NCBI RefSeq assembly: GCF_018350175.1 | Contig: NC_058368.1 | Span: forward strand, 232,316,001-232,380,000 | DNA length: 64,000 nt | Origin: Felis catus | Lineage: Eukaryota | Direction of reading: 5' to 3' | Shown: positions 1 to 11,832 of the stretch, piece after piece | How positions within the stretch are numbered: the stretch's first letter is position 1 | How the letters are laid out: each line of letters begins with the position of its first letter | Program-made: the position numbers and the translations under genes | The notes under the pieces: model-generated | Seen by the model: only the letters and a program-made list of their open reading frames with translations | The model's database searches: none | Told to the model about the DNA's origin: nothing

Positions 1-984
1 GCTTCCAAGTTCCTGTTTTCCGACCAGGTTCTGCATGCTCCCTGGCAGTGAAGGCTACGTCATGGAGCTTTTTAATAGGCTGTTATTTCTGTTTTGGAAA
101 CACGTTAGCCTTCCTAATGTGAAATGGCATTTCCATACTCAATGTCATTTTTCACCCGGTATAAAGCAGCATCCCCCCTCTCCCCAGTGTCACTGCCCCC
201 AGAGGAAGGTTGAGATTTGAAACGTAAGCACGAGGATGACGTGGTGGGGGGCGACGGGCAGGGTAGAATCGGTCTGGGGGCATCGGACAATTACAGACCA
301 GGGCGACTACCTGATGGAATGAAGTGGCTGGAATTGTCCTTTGATTTCCTTTTGTACAGGGAGCATCTATTTCCCCAACTCTTCGATATCCCTTGGAGCA
401 AAGCAATTGCCGTGGCAATTGGTAGAGGTACGATGTGATCTTATGGTTTAAACTGACAAGTGGGAACGTTTTCGCAACTGGGTTCGGTTACAAATGTGCC
501 CCCACACTGCTCACATTTTGAGCGAGAATGACACTCTCTCTGTCAAACAACCAACAGTCCTGGGCCGGGGGATGTTTTTCACGATCCCCACCGGACAGTC
601 GGTGTGGGGGGCGGGGGCGGGCAGCCTTTATTAGACGAGATGAAATGATACTTAGCGTACTGGTTGAAATGTGGATAGGAGCGAACACTGTTTGAAAGAC
701 CGCAAGGTGGGTTGTACATAGGAGCTTATTGGCTCCCTGCTGTGTGTGACCGTTAGATCCTGCGTGATCATAAAATGCTTGTGAAGGGAAGCACTCGATG
801 TTTGGTTTGTTTTTGAAGTGTTTACCCTTTTTTTGTGTTTGAGTAAGGATATTTAACATGAGAGCCACCCACGTGAGATAACAAAGACTTAACAAACCTT
901 TATTAAAAGACGATACTGTTGAACAGTTGTACTGTTCGGACAACACCAGACGGTACCGTTAACTACAGACGCGGTGCCACACAG

Positions 985-1360
985 GCGCATAGTGTTGGCT
1001 TCTGTGAACAGTGGTGCAGTGGGCATAGGAATGGAGGTATCTTTTAGAAATCTTGATTTCAGTTCTTCCGGATATCTATGCCCAGAAGCGGGACTGCTGG
1101 ATCACACAGTCGCTCTGGCTTTCATTTTTTGAGGAACCGCCATAGTAGTTTCCCCAGCGGCCGCCCCAGGTTTCATTTGCACCGGCAGTGTGCAAGGGTT
1201 CCAATTTCGCCACATCCTCACCAACGTTGTCATCTGTCTGTCATTCTTTTTATAATCTCCATCCTGGCAGGGGTGGGGGGATGTCTTAGGGTGGTTTGGA
1301 ATTGGCATTTCCCCGATAATGAGTGATGTTGAGCATTGTTTCATATACCTGTTGGCCACT
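985..1360 (-). mobile_element. LINE-1 fragment (ORF2 C-terminal region), antisense in the intron
   Basis: Minus-strand translation MANRYMKQCSTSLIIGEM resembles the L1 ORF2 motif MANxHMKxCSTSLIIREMQ. Typical L1 text such as gctggatca...ttttttgaggaacc...cacatcctcaccaac. Confidence 0.85.
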
Positions 1361-1387
1361 GGTCAGCAGGTCTATCATTAGCCACAA

Positions 1388-1590
1388 GGGGCGCCTGGGT
1401 GGCTCAGTCGGTTAAGCGTCCGACTTTGACTCAGGTCATGATCTCACAGTTCTTGAGTTTGAGGCCCATGTCAGGCTCTGTGCTGACAGCTCAGAGCCTG
1501 GAGCCTTCTTCGGATTCTAGGTCTCTCTCTCTGCCCTTACCCACCCCCCCCACCGCCTCTTTCTTTCTTTCAAAAATAAATAAACATTAA
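1388..1590 (+). mobile_element. Can-SINE (tRNA-derived carnivore SINE)
   Basis: ggggcgcctgggtggctcagtcggttaagcgtccgact head, CT-rich segment and aaaaataaataaacatt tail. Confidence 0.93.
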
Positions 1591-2092
1591 TTTTTTTTTT
1601 AAGTGAAGAATCCTCAGATCACGTGGTTGGTTCTAAATTGGGCTCTGGAACCATCTAGAACAAGTCAGTAGACCCTTCTGAGCTCCAGACTTTCCCGTGT
1701 ACACTCTGACACCTTTGACACCTGTCGTTCTAAGGCACTACGACTTAGGGGCACCCTTTTTGGGGGTGTGCAAGTATATGTGCTAGAGACCAAACTTCAG
1801 CTCCGGGAGAAACAGCGAGCAAGCATCCTCCCAGTAAGATTGGATGTGGGAGAGGATTTTTGAAACTTACACAATTCTAGGCAAACACCTGACTGCCTCC
1901 TTTTGCTGGTGTCACAGCCTGTGGCATATATCTGATGGGTTCCCCCTTAGGCTCTAATCTAACTTATTGCCTATTAAGTAAAATGTATAAACTTTTGAGT
2001 CACAGTTCCCAGTTAGGTCACAGACTCGTTTTAAAATTGGTTTGAAATGGTTTTGTTTTTTTGTTTTTTGTTTTTTTTCATTGTAACAATGA

Positions 2093-2233
2093 GGGGGGCC
2101 TGGGTGGCTCAGTGGGTTAAGCATCCAGCTGCAGCTCAGGTCATGATCTCACGGTCTGTGGGTTCAAGCCCCCTCGCGTCGGGCTCTGTGCCGATAGCTC
2201 AGAGCCTGGAGCCTCCTTCGGATTCTGTGTCTC
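2093..2233 (+). mobile_element. Can-SINE, 3'-truncated
   Basis: Head and body present; stops at ggattctgtgtctc with no CT tract or A tail. Confidence 0.88.
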
Positions 2234-3066
2234 GGGTCAGATATGACAGTAGCAGAGACCGAAGCCAGATGAGGTGTCTGTTTTAGCAACTTCACCTAAC
2301 GCGAGGCAAGCCCTGAGGTCCCAGAGCCAGGCGGGCCGCTGATCCCAGGGTTCAGGAGGCCCGTGGGCAGGTATCACGAGCCCGGCCTGGGGAGAACGGG
2401 AGTCATGCTCTGGGTCACCAGCAGTCATGGAACCAGTTATGCCTCACGCCCTTAGTGTAAAACTCACCTGCATTATCATCCTGAAGTCTGCCCGCAGATC
2501 TTGGGGATTCCTGTCTTTGGTCTGCACTTCCAAGGCAGCGTGGTTTATGCTTAGTCGGGTTGTTTGATGCCCCCATCTAGAAGCATCCTTCACAGTTCCT
2601 GCCAGGACCCGTTAGCTCTTTTCTATCCCGCTCTCGTGGAGCACATCGTAATGCAATTAGTAAGGAAGTCTGTGTCCACAACTGCTGATCCTTGGCTGCA
2701 GGTCCACTCTGTGGTTAGCAAAGGTGAGCGCTCCCTGGCCTTCCCAGTAATGACCACGGAATATGGTTAATGGTCCTTCCCAGAACTGGGACTCTGTTAC
2801 GCGTACATAGCATTCCTCGGCTATCTTCGTGCTTGCTTATTATATTCTTGGAAATATTTCCTGAAAGAGCAAGTAAGAGGAACCGAGAAAGCAGAGGGAG
2901 AAATACACAAAACTGGTTTGGTCACCAGGAGGAAGAGGCCAGACAGCCCTGGGAGCGGTCAGGGGCGTGTGCAGATGTCCTCCCACGATGCACGTTCTAT
3001 CTGCAGCCGCATCAGGCTGGTCACATTAGGAGTTCAGAAGTCATATGCCTTTGTGTCCCTTCCCAG

Positions 3067-3237
3067 TGGATGGCGTGTGGTCTTGCTGGTCTCCCTGGTC
3101 AAAATGCTCAGCGACCTGTGGCGGTGGACACTACATGAGGACCCGCTCGTGCACAAACCCGGCCCCAGCCTACGGAGGAGACATCTGCCTGGGGCTTCAT
3201 ACGGAGGAAGCTCTCTGCAACACGCAGCCCTGCCCCG
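3067..3237 (+). CDS. SEMA5A: SEMA5A internal coding exon (171 bp, phase 1-1), thrombospondin type-1 repeat; probably exon 19 of 23 by human numbering
   Basis: Acceptor ...ccttcccag at 3066, donor gtgagc at 3238. Encodes (V)[56 protein letters not shown], a WxxWxxW/CSxTCG/RxRxC TSR matching recalled SEMA5A. Confidence 0.97.
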
Positions 3238-4758
3238 GTGAGCAGCCAGGAGGCTTGCGCGATTCGGGGCAGACTCACCTCTTCCCTTGATTGATGTAGA
3301 AACGGAGAAATTGATGGTGGCCCACGACAGCAAATCCTGAAAGAGAGGAGCACCTCGTCCCTCACAGTTACCCTTGACCATATCCCACCGTTCTGCATTA
3401 AAATAGCTACCAGCACGTCAACAGTGTCACAACTAGTAACAGAAACTCGTTATCGCAGTGTCTCATTAGAAGGTTTAACCTGGTAGTGGGATCTGAAAAT
3501 CAGAGTGGGGAGCAAGGAGAGCCCTTGGGAAGGACTCAGCCTCAGGTCTGGGGGACGGGGGTGGGCAAGCTCCGAGGCTGGCTAGCACAGGTGCCCAGTG
3601 GGTGCACTGTAACAGCCTCCCCACCCAACAGGGCCCGCTAGGAATGAATGAGGCGCCCTCTTCTGAGTCTAACTTTGACATTGAAATGCTCATCCTTTTT
3701 TGTTTTTAACTTGCTCCTGCAGATCTTTCTGGAAGGTTCCATTTATACAGAACAGTGCCTAGAAACCAGATTCTCAGTCATCCTCAAACCTGGCACTTGA
3801 CACATTTTTGAGGAAAAATGTCATGTCTTTACAGTGCGTCAAGGCACACGTCTGATTTCCAAACTTCCCCTGTAATGCAAAGATGATGCTTAAATCTAAA
3901 AAGAGGAAAAAAGCAACCCGCATAGAAACATGTCTTTTTAATGTGTTTAATATTTTCAAAAAATACAGAGAGTTCTTTTTTATTTATATTTTTTTAAACC
4001 CCTTACTTAAAATATAAGGGTTGCTCTCTCTTTTCACACATCCGTAAGCCTGGGCGAATTTAACAAATCCTAGCAAATTTTCCACTTCGGGGTGAAGTGA
4101 CCTTTATCACTCAGCCTGGGACCTTAACTCAAGACTCGTGCACCGATCTTACGCACATAGGCAACAGTAAACACAGGATAAAATAAATTCTTCCTCAAGT
4201 ACAGCCTGACTTTGGTATATTGACTCTGCACAATTGTTTTTGTAACAGAAGCGAAAGCATTCGACACCCCTTTCAGCAACCAGGGCTTTCTCATTCACAC
4301 ATTGTCATTTCTCTTGCTGGAGCTCTGAGGCCTGTAGGAATTTTGCGGGAAAACCTTTGAGGGCTGGCCTTCATCGGGGAGCATTGCCAGGTGGAAAATG
4401 GTGTCCTCACTGCTGATTTCTCTCCCCCGACCACTGCCCATGTCTACACTGCTGGACCTCACGAATTAGCTTATTGAGTGTCTAGTACAATGAGTTGAAA
4501 GCAGTAAAATAACATGGGTTCTAGAAAATGTGTTTGAAGCACATTTGATTTTTGATCAAAGGCATACCAGCTCTTCTATCCATGCCCGTGTGTAATTTAT
4601 TTACTGGAGCGGTCAGAGGCTACCTGTCCATCTTATTTATACACAGACCCGTTAAAATTGTAGTATGAAAATTTAATGTAACGTATGTGACCTGTGGTGC
4701 TTCCAGGTCGATCGATCTCAGTGGGCAGTGTTGTCCCGTCCCCTTCTGGTCATTGCAG

Positions 4759-4914
4759 AGAGCTGGTCGGAGTGGTCAGACTGGTCTGAGTGTGACGTGT
4801 CTGGAGTCCAGATCCGTGCCCGCCAGTGCATCCTTCTGTTCCCTGTGGGCAGCCAGTGTTCTGGAAACACCACGGAGAGCCGGCCGTGTGTGTTTGATTC
4901 CAATTTTATCCCAG
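4759..4914 (+). CDS. SEMA5A: SEMA5A internal coding exon (156 bp, phase 1-1), last thrombospondin type-1 repeat
   Basis: Acceptor cattgcag ends at 4758, donor gtaaga at 4915. Encodes ESWSEWSDWSECDVSGVQIRARQCILLFPVGSQCSGNTTESRPCVFDSNFIP, in frame with the previous exon. Confidence 0.97.
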
Positions 4915-6334
4915 GTAAGAGCAGAGATGCTTATCGGGGTGAACAAAATCATTTCCATTGTTTAGAGAGGAGATGAGTCATAGGTGGGAGTGTTAGCTGT
5001 CCTTGGAGGTCACTTTTGGTGAAACAGAGATGATCTTATCAATTCTTGTGGTTTCAAGGTAATTAGACGATAGATTTACAGATAACTGTGGGTTGCATTT
5101 AGGCCATAAGTTTTACGATTTTTTTTTTTTTTTAGCACAGTGTCTTTTACAATTTACTGACTATAACACAGCGAGAAGATTCTGCTCAAAAAAATTCAAA
5201 TAGATTAGTTTGGTATTTTAACAGGTTAAATGCTTCTATAATGTTGTGTGCAGGTGTTTGTACAGAGGAAAGGGGACAATTCTTTTGCAACTTTGATATA
5301 GTTGGGAAAATGGAAATGTACCAGGGGGCTCATCTTGGAGAAGGGATTAGCTGGCCCTTTGCCAATAGGCTTTTCCATGTGAAATTGATGTTTACTTATC
5401 GATGGTAACAAATCATCTGTCGCATGTTCACTGTAAGCACGGTGTTAGATACTTGTAAGTCATTTTGTACATGTCCACTGTGGGCCTTACATCTACTGAT
5501 GTCGACCAAAGCAGAGAGCAACCTGTTTCAAGATAATTATAGGTAACTACCTCGTTTTCTTCCACTTACGGAAAAGGGTAATCATATGTTACAGAAAATT
5601 AGCAGCGTTAGTCTTGTGTGGCACTTCCATCATGTATGGTGTAGAACTGCAAGCCTTGTGTCATTTTCCTTCTTAACCAGAGACACGTTGCTAATTCTTG
5701 TTACGCAGAGAAAAATTCTCGTTACAGGAAAGAATCACGTCTCCGGTCTTCTGACATGGTGTTTGATCCTTGATCCCTGTGGGTTAAAACGTTTTCGGGA
5801 TCTGTTCCCTCACTGGCATTTTATTTGTGTATTTGTATGTATCATGGCAAAGAGCATGAGTGAGCTCTGAATGGGGACTTTATTTGTTGTGGCAATTTTC
5901 TTCGAGCTCCAGTGGATCAGTCCCCCCCTCTGCAGGGAATTTGGCAACACTGGCCTTGATGCAACCAGAGATCGGAGGTGGGAAGACCGAGGCAGACGCT
6001 GTGGGGTTCACAGCTGGCAGAATATATGATAGCGGAAAACCAGCACATGCTTGGCTTTATTTTGAAGTTAGTGCCTTGGTTTTGAGCCAAAGGACCATAG
6101 CCTTTTCTTTCTGTGGTAATGAATCTCACTCGTTCCCCATCTAGATGACCTTGACCAAGTACAGCTCAGGTTGGTTAGAACAAAGAAACACATGCGATTT
6201 GTTTTTTTTAACAATTAGTCAAGCTTTTGGAACTTGGACTCACATAAAACTCGAAATCATTAGATATTTTGTAAATGAACCATTGATGTTTGCTTCCTTC
6301 CCAACACCCAACGTCATGATTTAATTTTTTCCAG

Positions 6335-6382
6335 AAGTATCTGTGGCGAGATCCAGTAGTGTAGAAGAGAAAAGGTGTGGGG
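6335..6382 (+). CDS. SEMA5A: SEMA5A short coding exon (48 bp, phase 1-1), juxtamembrane linker; too short for the ORF track
   Basis: Acceptor ttttttccag ends at 6334, donor gtaagt at 6383. Encodes EVSVARSSSVEEKRCG, joining ...NFIP to EFNMFH... as in recalled SEMA5A. Confidence 0.95.
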
Positions 6383-9300
6383 GTAAGTTCCTCTTTTTAA
6401 CTAATGTTTTTTAACTTTTTTTCTTAAACTAGTGTTTGGTTGATTTCCGTTATTTTCTAATCATTTCTCTTCCCATATGTTTCATATGATGTTTGGGCCA
6501 AGAAAAACAGACGGGAGAAACTCTTGATCCAAACCCCTTCCACTTTGGTAGTGTAACTACAAATAGTCAATATTTGACATCTGGATCAGTGGTTCTCAGG
6601 TGCAGTAGCTAGACTGGGATCATCACAAATCCATGGCAGCCAGCTTCAAACCTCCAGGCCGCTGGAGCGACAAAATTATAATGGGGCGTAAGGTTATACC
6701 TACACCTCTAGAGGAATTTTTTAAACTTTCTGCAGACCCAAATGATATAAATCACAATCTCTGGTTCCAGTTCATGATAAATTTAGACTTTACTGTCTAT
6801 GTTTATCTTGTCTGAGCAGGATGGGTTGACTGTCCATTGATCAAAGCCCACCCTCTGTCCGTCCACCTTTGCTAAACCGACCCGATATCCACACCGAGAT
6901 GGCATATTCATACATGTGGCTGGTGACCTACAAATACCCATTCCTTCCAGAATCCATTCCATCAGGGGAGTCCACTGATGGACTCCATCAGGGGAGTCCA
7001 TCAGCTCAGCCACAGGCTTTTGTCTCTGTGTTCATACGGAATCAGGAGCTTCGTGGGTGTGTTTTAGGAATGTACTTACTGTGATTAGCTACATTAATTA
7101 AGAGTCCACCATCACAGTTTTTCTGTTTAGGTAGCTGTCGATCTGTTCATTCAATAATCTTAGCTGACCACCCACTCTTGGAGTTTTGTGAGGGACATTG
7201 AGTTTATCATGGAGACACAAATAGCCCCAGCCCTTCTGGAACCAACAGTCGCATCATAAAAGACCTCAGTGCCTGAGAGATGCAGGGTCTGGTGTCTGAC
7301 CTACACGAGTTCAGTGGGTTCACAGACTGACAGTTACTCACTTGGGATCCAGCTGGAAGATAAATATATACCAGCTCCCATAAAAATAATCATAGCTGTG
7401 AGATCAGTCACTATATGTCACTGAATTAAGTGGCAAGAAGCGTCCCATTCGATCCTCACAGAGAGTGTTCATGGAGGTGCCACAGCCCACAGTTCCTTAA
7501 TGTAAACCTTCGCAGATAGGAAAGGGTTTCGGAATCCAGCCTTCACCAGATTTCAGATGGGTAATACAGGGCATGCGATGTCTGTTACATAACACGCTGC
7601 AGTGCCCGGGGCCACATTCTGTAACCAGTCTCTTTAATGATGCTGTTGTGAGATGCGCGCAAAGTGAAAATGCTAACACTCCCCCTGCAGCTCTAGTCCG
7701 TTCTGCAGCAGACTGGGTCAGGTCAAGTCATGCTTTGCTGCCAGCCGAGCGAGGAAAAATCAGGTGCCAGAGATTTGGGTTTTGCAAATTCTAGGAAAGG
7801 GATAGCAGCTAGGCACTGTCGTCTGCATTAGGGTTGCTGAGAGTCAGAGAGAGGAGGCCACGGGTGAAGGTCACCGGGAAGTCAGCAACAGAGCCAGGGT
7901 GTGGACCCAGGCAGTGGGATCTGAGTGTGAGCTTTAAGGCCAGAGCGCCACAGGAAGAGTATCCTGGCAGTGAGTATCTGGGAGGATTGTGTCCAGGGGC
8001 TGGAGCCAAATACTCTTGGACACTCTGGACCCGGGGCCTGGGGGCACCTGCTGCCCTCAGAGGCAGCGTAGGTCAAGATCCGTGAACCAGAATTCTTGAG
8101 GAGTATTCTTGTCCTCTGGGAAGGCCAAGGCAGAACGTGGAGTCAACCAGAAGTTGCCTCTGCAGAGCTGACTGGCCCTCCACGCCTGCCACAGGTTTAG
8201 AAATCATTTTCCCTGGCCAGCCCTCTCTGGGCTAGGATACAGGAGACCTTCAAGGGCCTTGAGCACTTGAGAGAACATGATGCAAAGCCCACTCCCAATC
8301 CTAAAATGTTGCTTCTGTGTATCTGAGTCAGCTGGGCTAACTGGCTCCCCAACCCAAGATCAAACCTTGACATGCGGTTGATTAAGTCACAGAGATCTTA
8401 TAATATTCAGAACTGAGTTTTTAGATCTTTAGGCTGCTAACATTGACCCACCAGGTTAGGCAAGTAAGAGGTTGTATGGATCTGAGTATAGGGCTGAGAG
8501 GTAAAAGGAATTACTTAGCAAAATGTTTCGGGATATTTCAGGAGGCAACGTAGATGTCTTTTTTCCATTTGAAGGAAAACCCATCAAATTTTGTACAGAA
8601 AAACAGCCAGTTGAGCCAACTGGGTAGTGGGTTTCTATTCCAACACTACTGACCAAAAACAACAGAAAAAACATATTCAAAGGAAAGAGCCACGCTAAGC
8701 AAATTCAAAAGAGATTTAATAGGCACTATTTTTCCCAATGCGGAAAAGCATAGGCCTATTGAAAATTTTCAATTTAGCTAGTTTTAGTTGCATGAGACAC
8801 AAAGACTATATAATCCTCATAAAGATGTCAGCTGGCCCCAGCCCTCCCCAGGCACCTGCAAGCACGATTCATTGGACTGATGACAAAGCATCTGCATATG
8901 GAAAGCATCATACATCTTTCGTAGGTTACAATAAACTGTTATCAGTGCAGCAGACAGTGCTTTTATCGGTAGGTGGCATGGACCCTGGGGAGTCCAATTG
9001 GCTAAAGTATAAAACAATGGCAACATATGTGAGATCCGCTCTTGCTTACCTTGAGCACCGCCTCAATGTTACAGTAGACATTTCGGGCGGTTGCTGGTGG
9101 AAAGCTCCCCGGAAGCTCTGTGCACCCTTCCCAGGTTGGGGGTCTCCAGTTCTAGAGGCTCCAGACAAAATCGGGAAAGGCCAGAGGTTTATGAATTGCT
9201 TCCATTTTGTTAAACCACTGACCAAAGAATCAAAAAGTGAAAAACAGGTGGGTGTTGGGGAGTAGATGATACTTGTAGAATATTCTAGTAACTTCCACCT

Positions 9301-9762
9301 GGGTCATCCAGGTCCTGGTGCTGAAGACACTGGACACCTGCATTAGGATTCAGGTAGGAGCGAGTGGGTTGTGGCTTGCAGCGAACCCAGGCTCTGTGCT
9401 CACTTGGGCAGGCAGCTCCCTCTCTCAGGGGTCCCCAGAATGCAGCATCTGGGAGCAGCAAAGGGCACAGCCTAGAGGGAGACATCAGGATGTGGGGACA
9501 GTGAGGGCACCTCAGTGAGTGGACCCAGCTGAGGTGAATGTGACTCTGAAAGTCCTCAGGGAGGAGCCAGGGTAGTTGAGGGACATACACCCCAGGGCCT
9601 GGGTGCAGGGGACAGACTTGCAGGTCTTCTCTCCCTGAGAGCCTGGGGGCCTCTTGCTATCACTCTGGGACTCACCTGGTGTCTGCAGTGTGCCTAGCAG
9701 GCATTCTCATGGTTCTATTTGGGTGCAGGATGGACAGATCTGGGAAGAGCGTGGGTGACACT

Positions 9763-9776
9763 GCGCCCCCTGGTGG
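9763..9776 (-). promoter_or_regulatory. CTCF core motif in a SEMA5A intron
   Basis: + strand GCGCCCCCTGGTGG reads CCACCAGGGGGCGC on the - strand, an exact match to the CTCF core consensus. Confidence 0.7.
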
Positions 9777-10764
9777 TGGATGGAGGGGACACCGTGGCTG
9801 AAAGGCAGTCCTCGGGATGTGCCCTGTGCAGGTGACAGAGACCAATAACCCACAGGCAACAGGTTGGCCACATAGAGCCAACACAGCATAGAAAAACTAA
9901 GGTTGAGTTGTCCTTCACCTTATTTTCACTAAGTCCAGCTTCATGAGCATTACTCAAATGTCTTTTTTCCCTGAAAGTCTGGAAACTTTTTTGTATCGCA
10001 TTTTACCAAGACATGATGAACATCTGTAATTTCTTTTGGTTGTTTCTCAGACATTACAAAGGTCTTAATTATGTTATCTTGATGTCCTTCGAGCCAATCA
10101 CATATTAGAGACAGAAATCCACGTCCACTCATTTTTTCTACATCTTGTATTTATAACTGAAGGAAAATAACCCAAAGATGCTACTTAACACAAACAAAAA
10201 TATGTAAAAGAGGGCTATTTCATGACCATCAAAAGATCATATATTTTATGCCTTTGGCACAAATCCTTTATTTCTTTGGTGTAAACCATTTTCTTTACAA
10301 GGTCTCCAAAATACAGTAATTTTGAGCAGTAATTGGAAGCAGTAAATGCTTTCTCACTTTGTTCATGGGACACAGCCAGGCCGTAGGCAGGGATCCTCCA
10401 CCGGTTAAGGAGCATGGAAAACATGTTCTCAAGTAACCCCATAGACCAGAAATCATGCCACACTTGAAACAGACAAGCAGACTTGTACAAGCCTTTAAAA
10501 AAAAATGCTTCTGCTAGTGTATTCAGGTGATGTCCAAAAACCCGATTGTAATCCGTAAGAGCATTAACGCAAAATAAGCTGTACTTCCTGGGGGGAAGTG
10601 TCCTGGTGGCCGTGACATTTCAAAGGAAGGTCCTGTGATTGCTTGAAGTTTGGAATTGGTCAGGGGCCTTTCATTTTGCTTTTCTGTCCTCATCCGAGTG
10701 CGTTGAGCTGTTGAGTAGTGTGTTCTTTTCCAAAGTAGCGTCACTTCTGATGCTGTCTTCCCAG

Positions 10765-10976
10765 AGTTCAACATGTTCCACATGATTGCCGTGGGGCTGA
10801 GCAGCTCCATCTTGGGCTGCCTCCTTACCCTACTCGTCTACACCTACTGCCAGCGGTACCAGCAGCAGTCCCACGACGCCACCGTCATCCACCCTGTTGC
10901 TCCCGCCCCTCTCAACACCAGCATAACTAACCATATTAACAAACTGGACAAGTACGACTCAGTGGAAGCCATCAAG
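10765..10976 (+). CDS. SEMA5A: SEMA5A coding exon (212 bp, phase 1-0), transmembrane helix and proximal cytoplasmic tail
   Basis: Acceptor cttcccag ends at 10764, donor gtaagg at 10977. Encodes EFNMFHMIAVGLSSSILGCLLTLLVYTYCQRYQQQSHDATVIHPVAPAPLNTSITNHINKLDKYDSVEAIK. Confidence 0.97.
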
Positions 10977-11589
10977 GTAAGGGATCGGCAGACAGATGGC
11001 CAAGCAGCACCCCGGGGGCGGTGGCTTGAGTGAAGGAGGGGAGGGTAAGATAATAGGTGTCCTTTATGATGAGCTGCCTTTTCAGCTTTCCTTTGCCTGA
11101 AAAAAAAGGTGGCATCTTATATGGGGAAGTGGGTTAGAAACAGGACACAGAAGCGGCAACAAATAAAATGCTGGAAAATACTGAGTCATTGGCCACTGTC
11201 CAGTTCTGCCTCCACGGTGCCTTCCATGTTCAAAGAGAGGTCTTGTCAAAGAGAAGAGCTCCAGGCCGAGGACCTGTACTTGCCAGACAGTGGTAATGAG
11301 GACGGGGTTGGGTAATCTGATGTACAGGTTCATTGCTGGAATCACCCCGATGGGATCCTGAGAAAAACTGTCACATTATTACAAAAATTATCTTCAAAAT
11401 AATTTGTATGCATAATGAAGTCTCTTCAGCTTTGCATGCTGCACAAGTGCTGTGTGGCTGGTGTGGGGTGAAGTGTTCTGTTAGATTTTCCCAGCGGGTG
11501 ATTAATTCAGTGATCCACCCAGAAATAGAGGCCAGTTCTAAGGAAGGAAGAAAGAGTGGAAAGGGTATCCGCTTTGGACCAGAAAGAGC

Positions 11590-11832
11590 TGAGTTCATGA
11601 GTCACCAACTGAGTAAACTTAACGCTAGTCATTCACAGTCACCGAGCCTCCATTTTCTCCTATGTCTTGACTAGTGCCTGACAAAATAAATGTGGTCTTT
11701 ATTTGAGGCATTGTGCATCAGGTTTTGGAATACAAGTTAGTTACTTCTTTGAACCTCAGTTTCTTCGTCTTTAAAATGGGTATAGCAATATGTACTGTCA
11801 TATCTTTGTTGCACGGTTTAAATGAGATAACA
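11590..11832 (+). mobile_element. MIR fragments
   Basis: MIR core-like text: gagcctccattttctcc and gaacctcagtttcttcgtctttaaaatggg...ttaaatgagataa. Confidence 0.65.

Noticed and set aside
3430..3520. Possible orthologue of human intronic MIR4636, recalled to lie shortly after the 171-bp exon
   Set aside because: Only a short resemblance (cagaaactcgt) and no complementary arm or hairpin visible; the position is from memory.
8738..9265. 175-aa intronic ORF
   Set aside because: No recognisable homology or domain, and the SEMA5A frame is complete without it.
9305..9325. REST/RE1-like half sites (ggtgctgaa here; tcagcacc near 12223 and 34692)
   Set aside because: The second half-site is missing or mis-spaced in each case.
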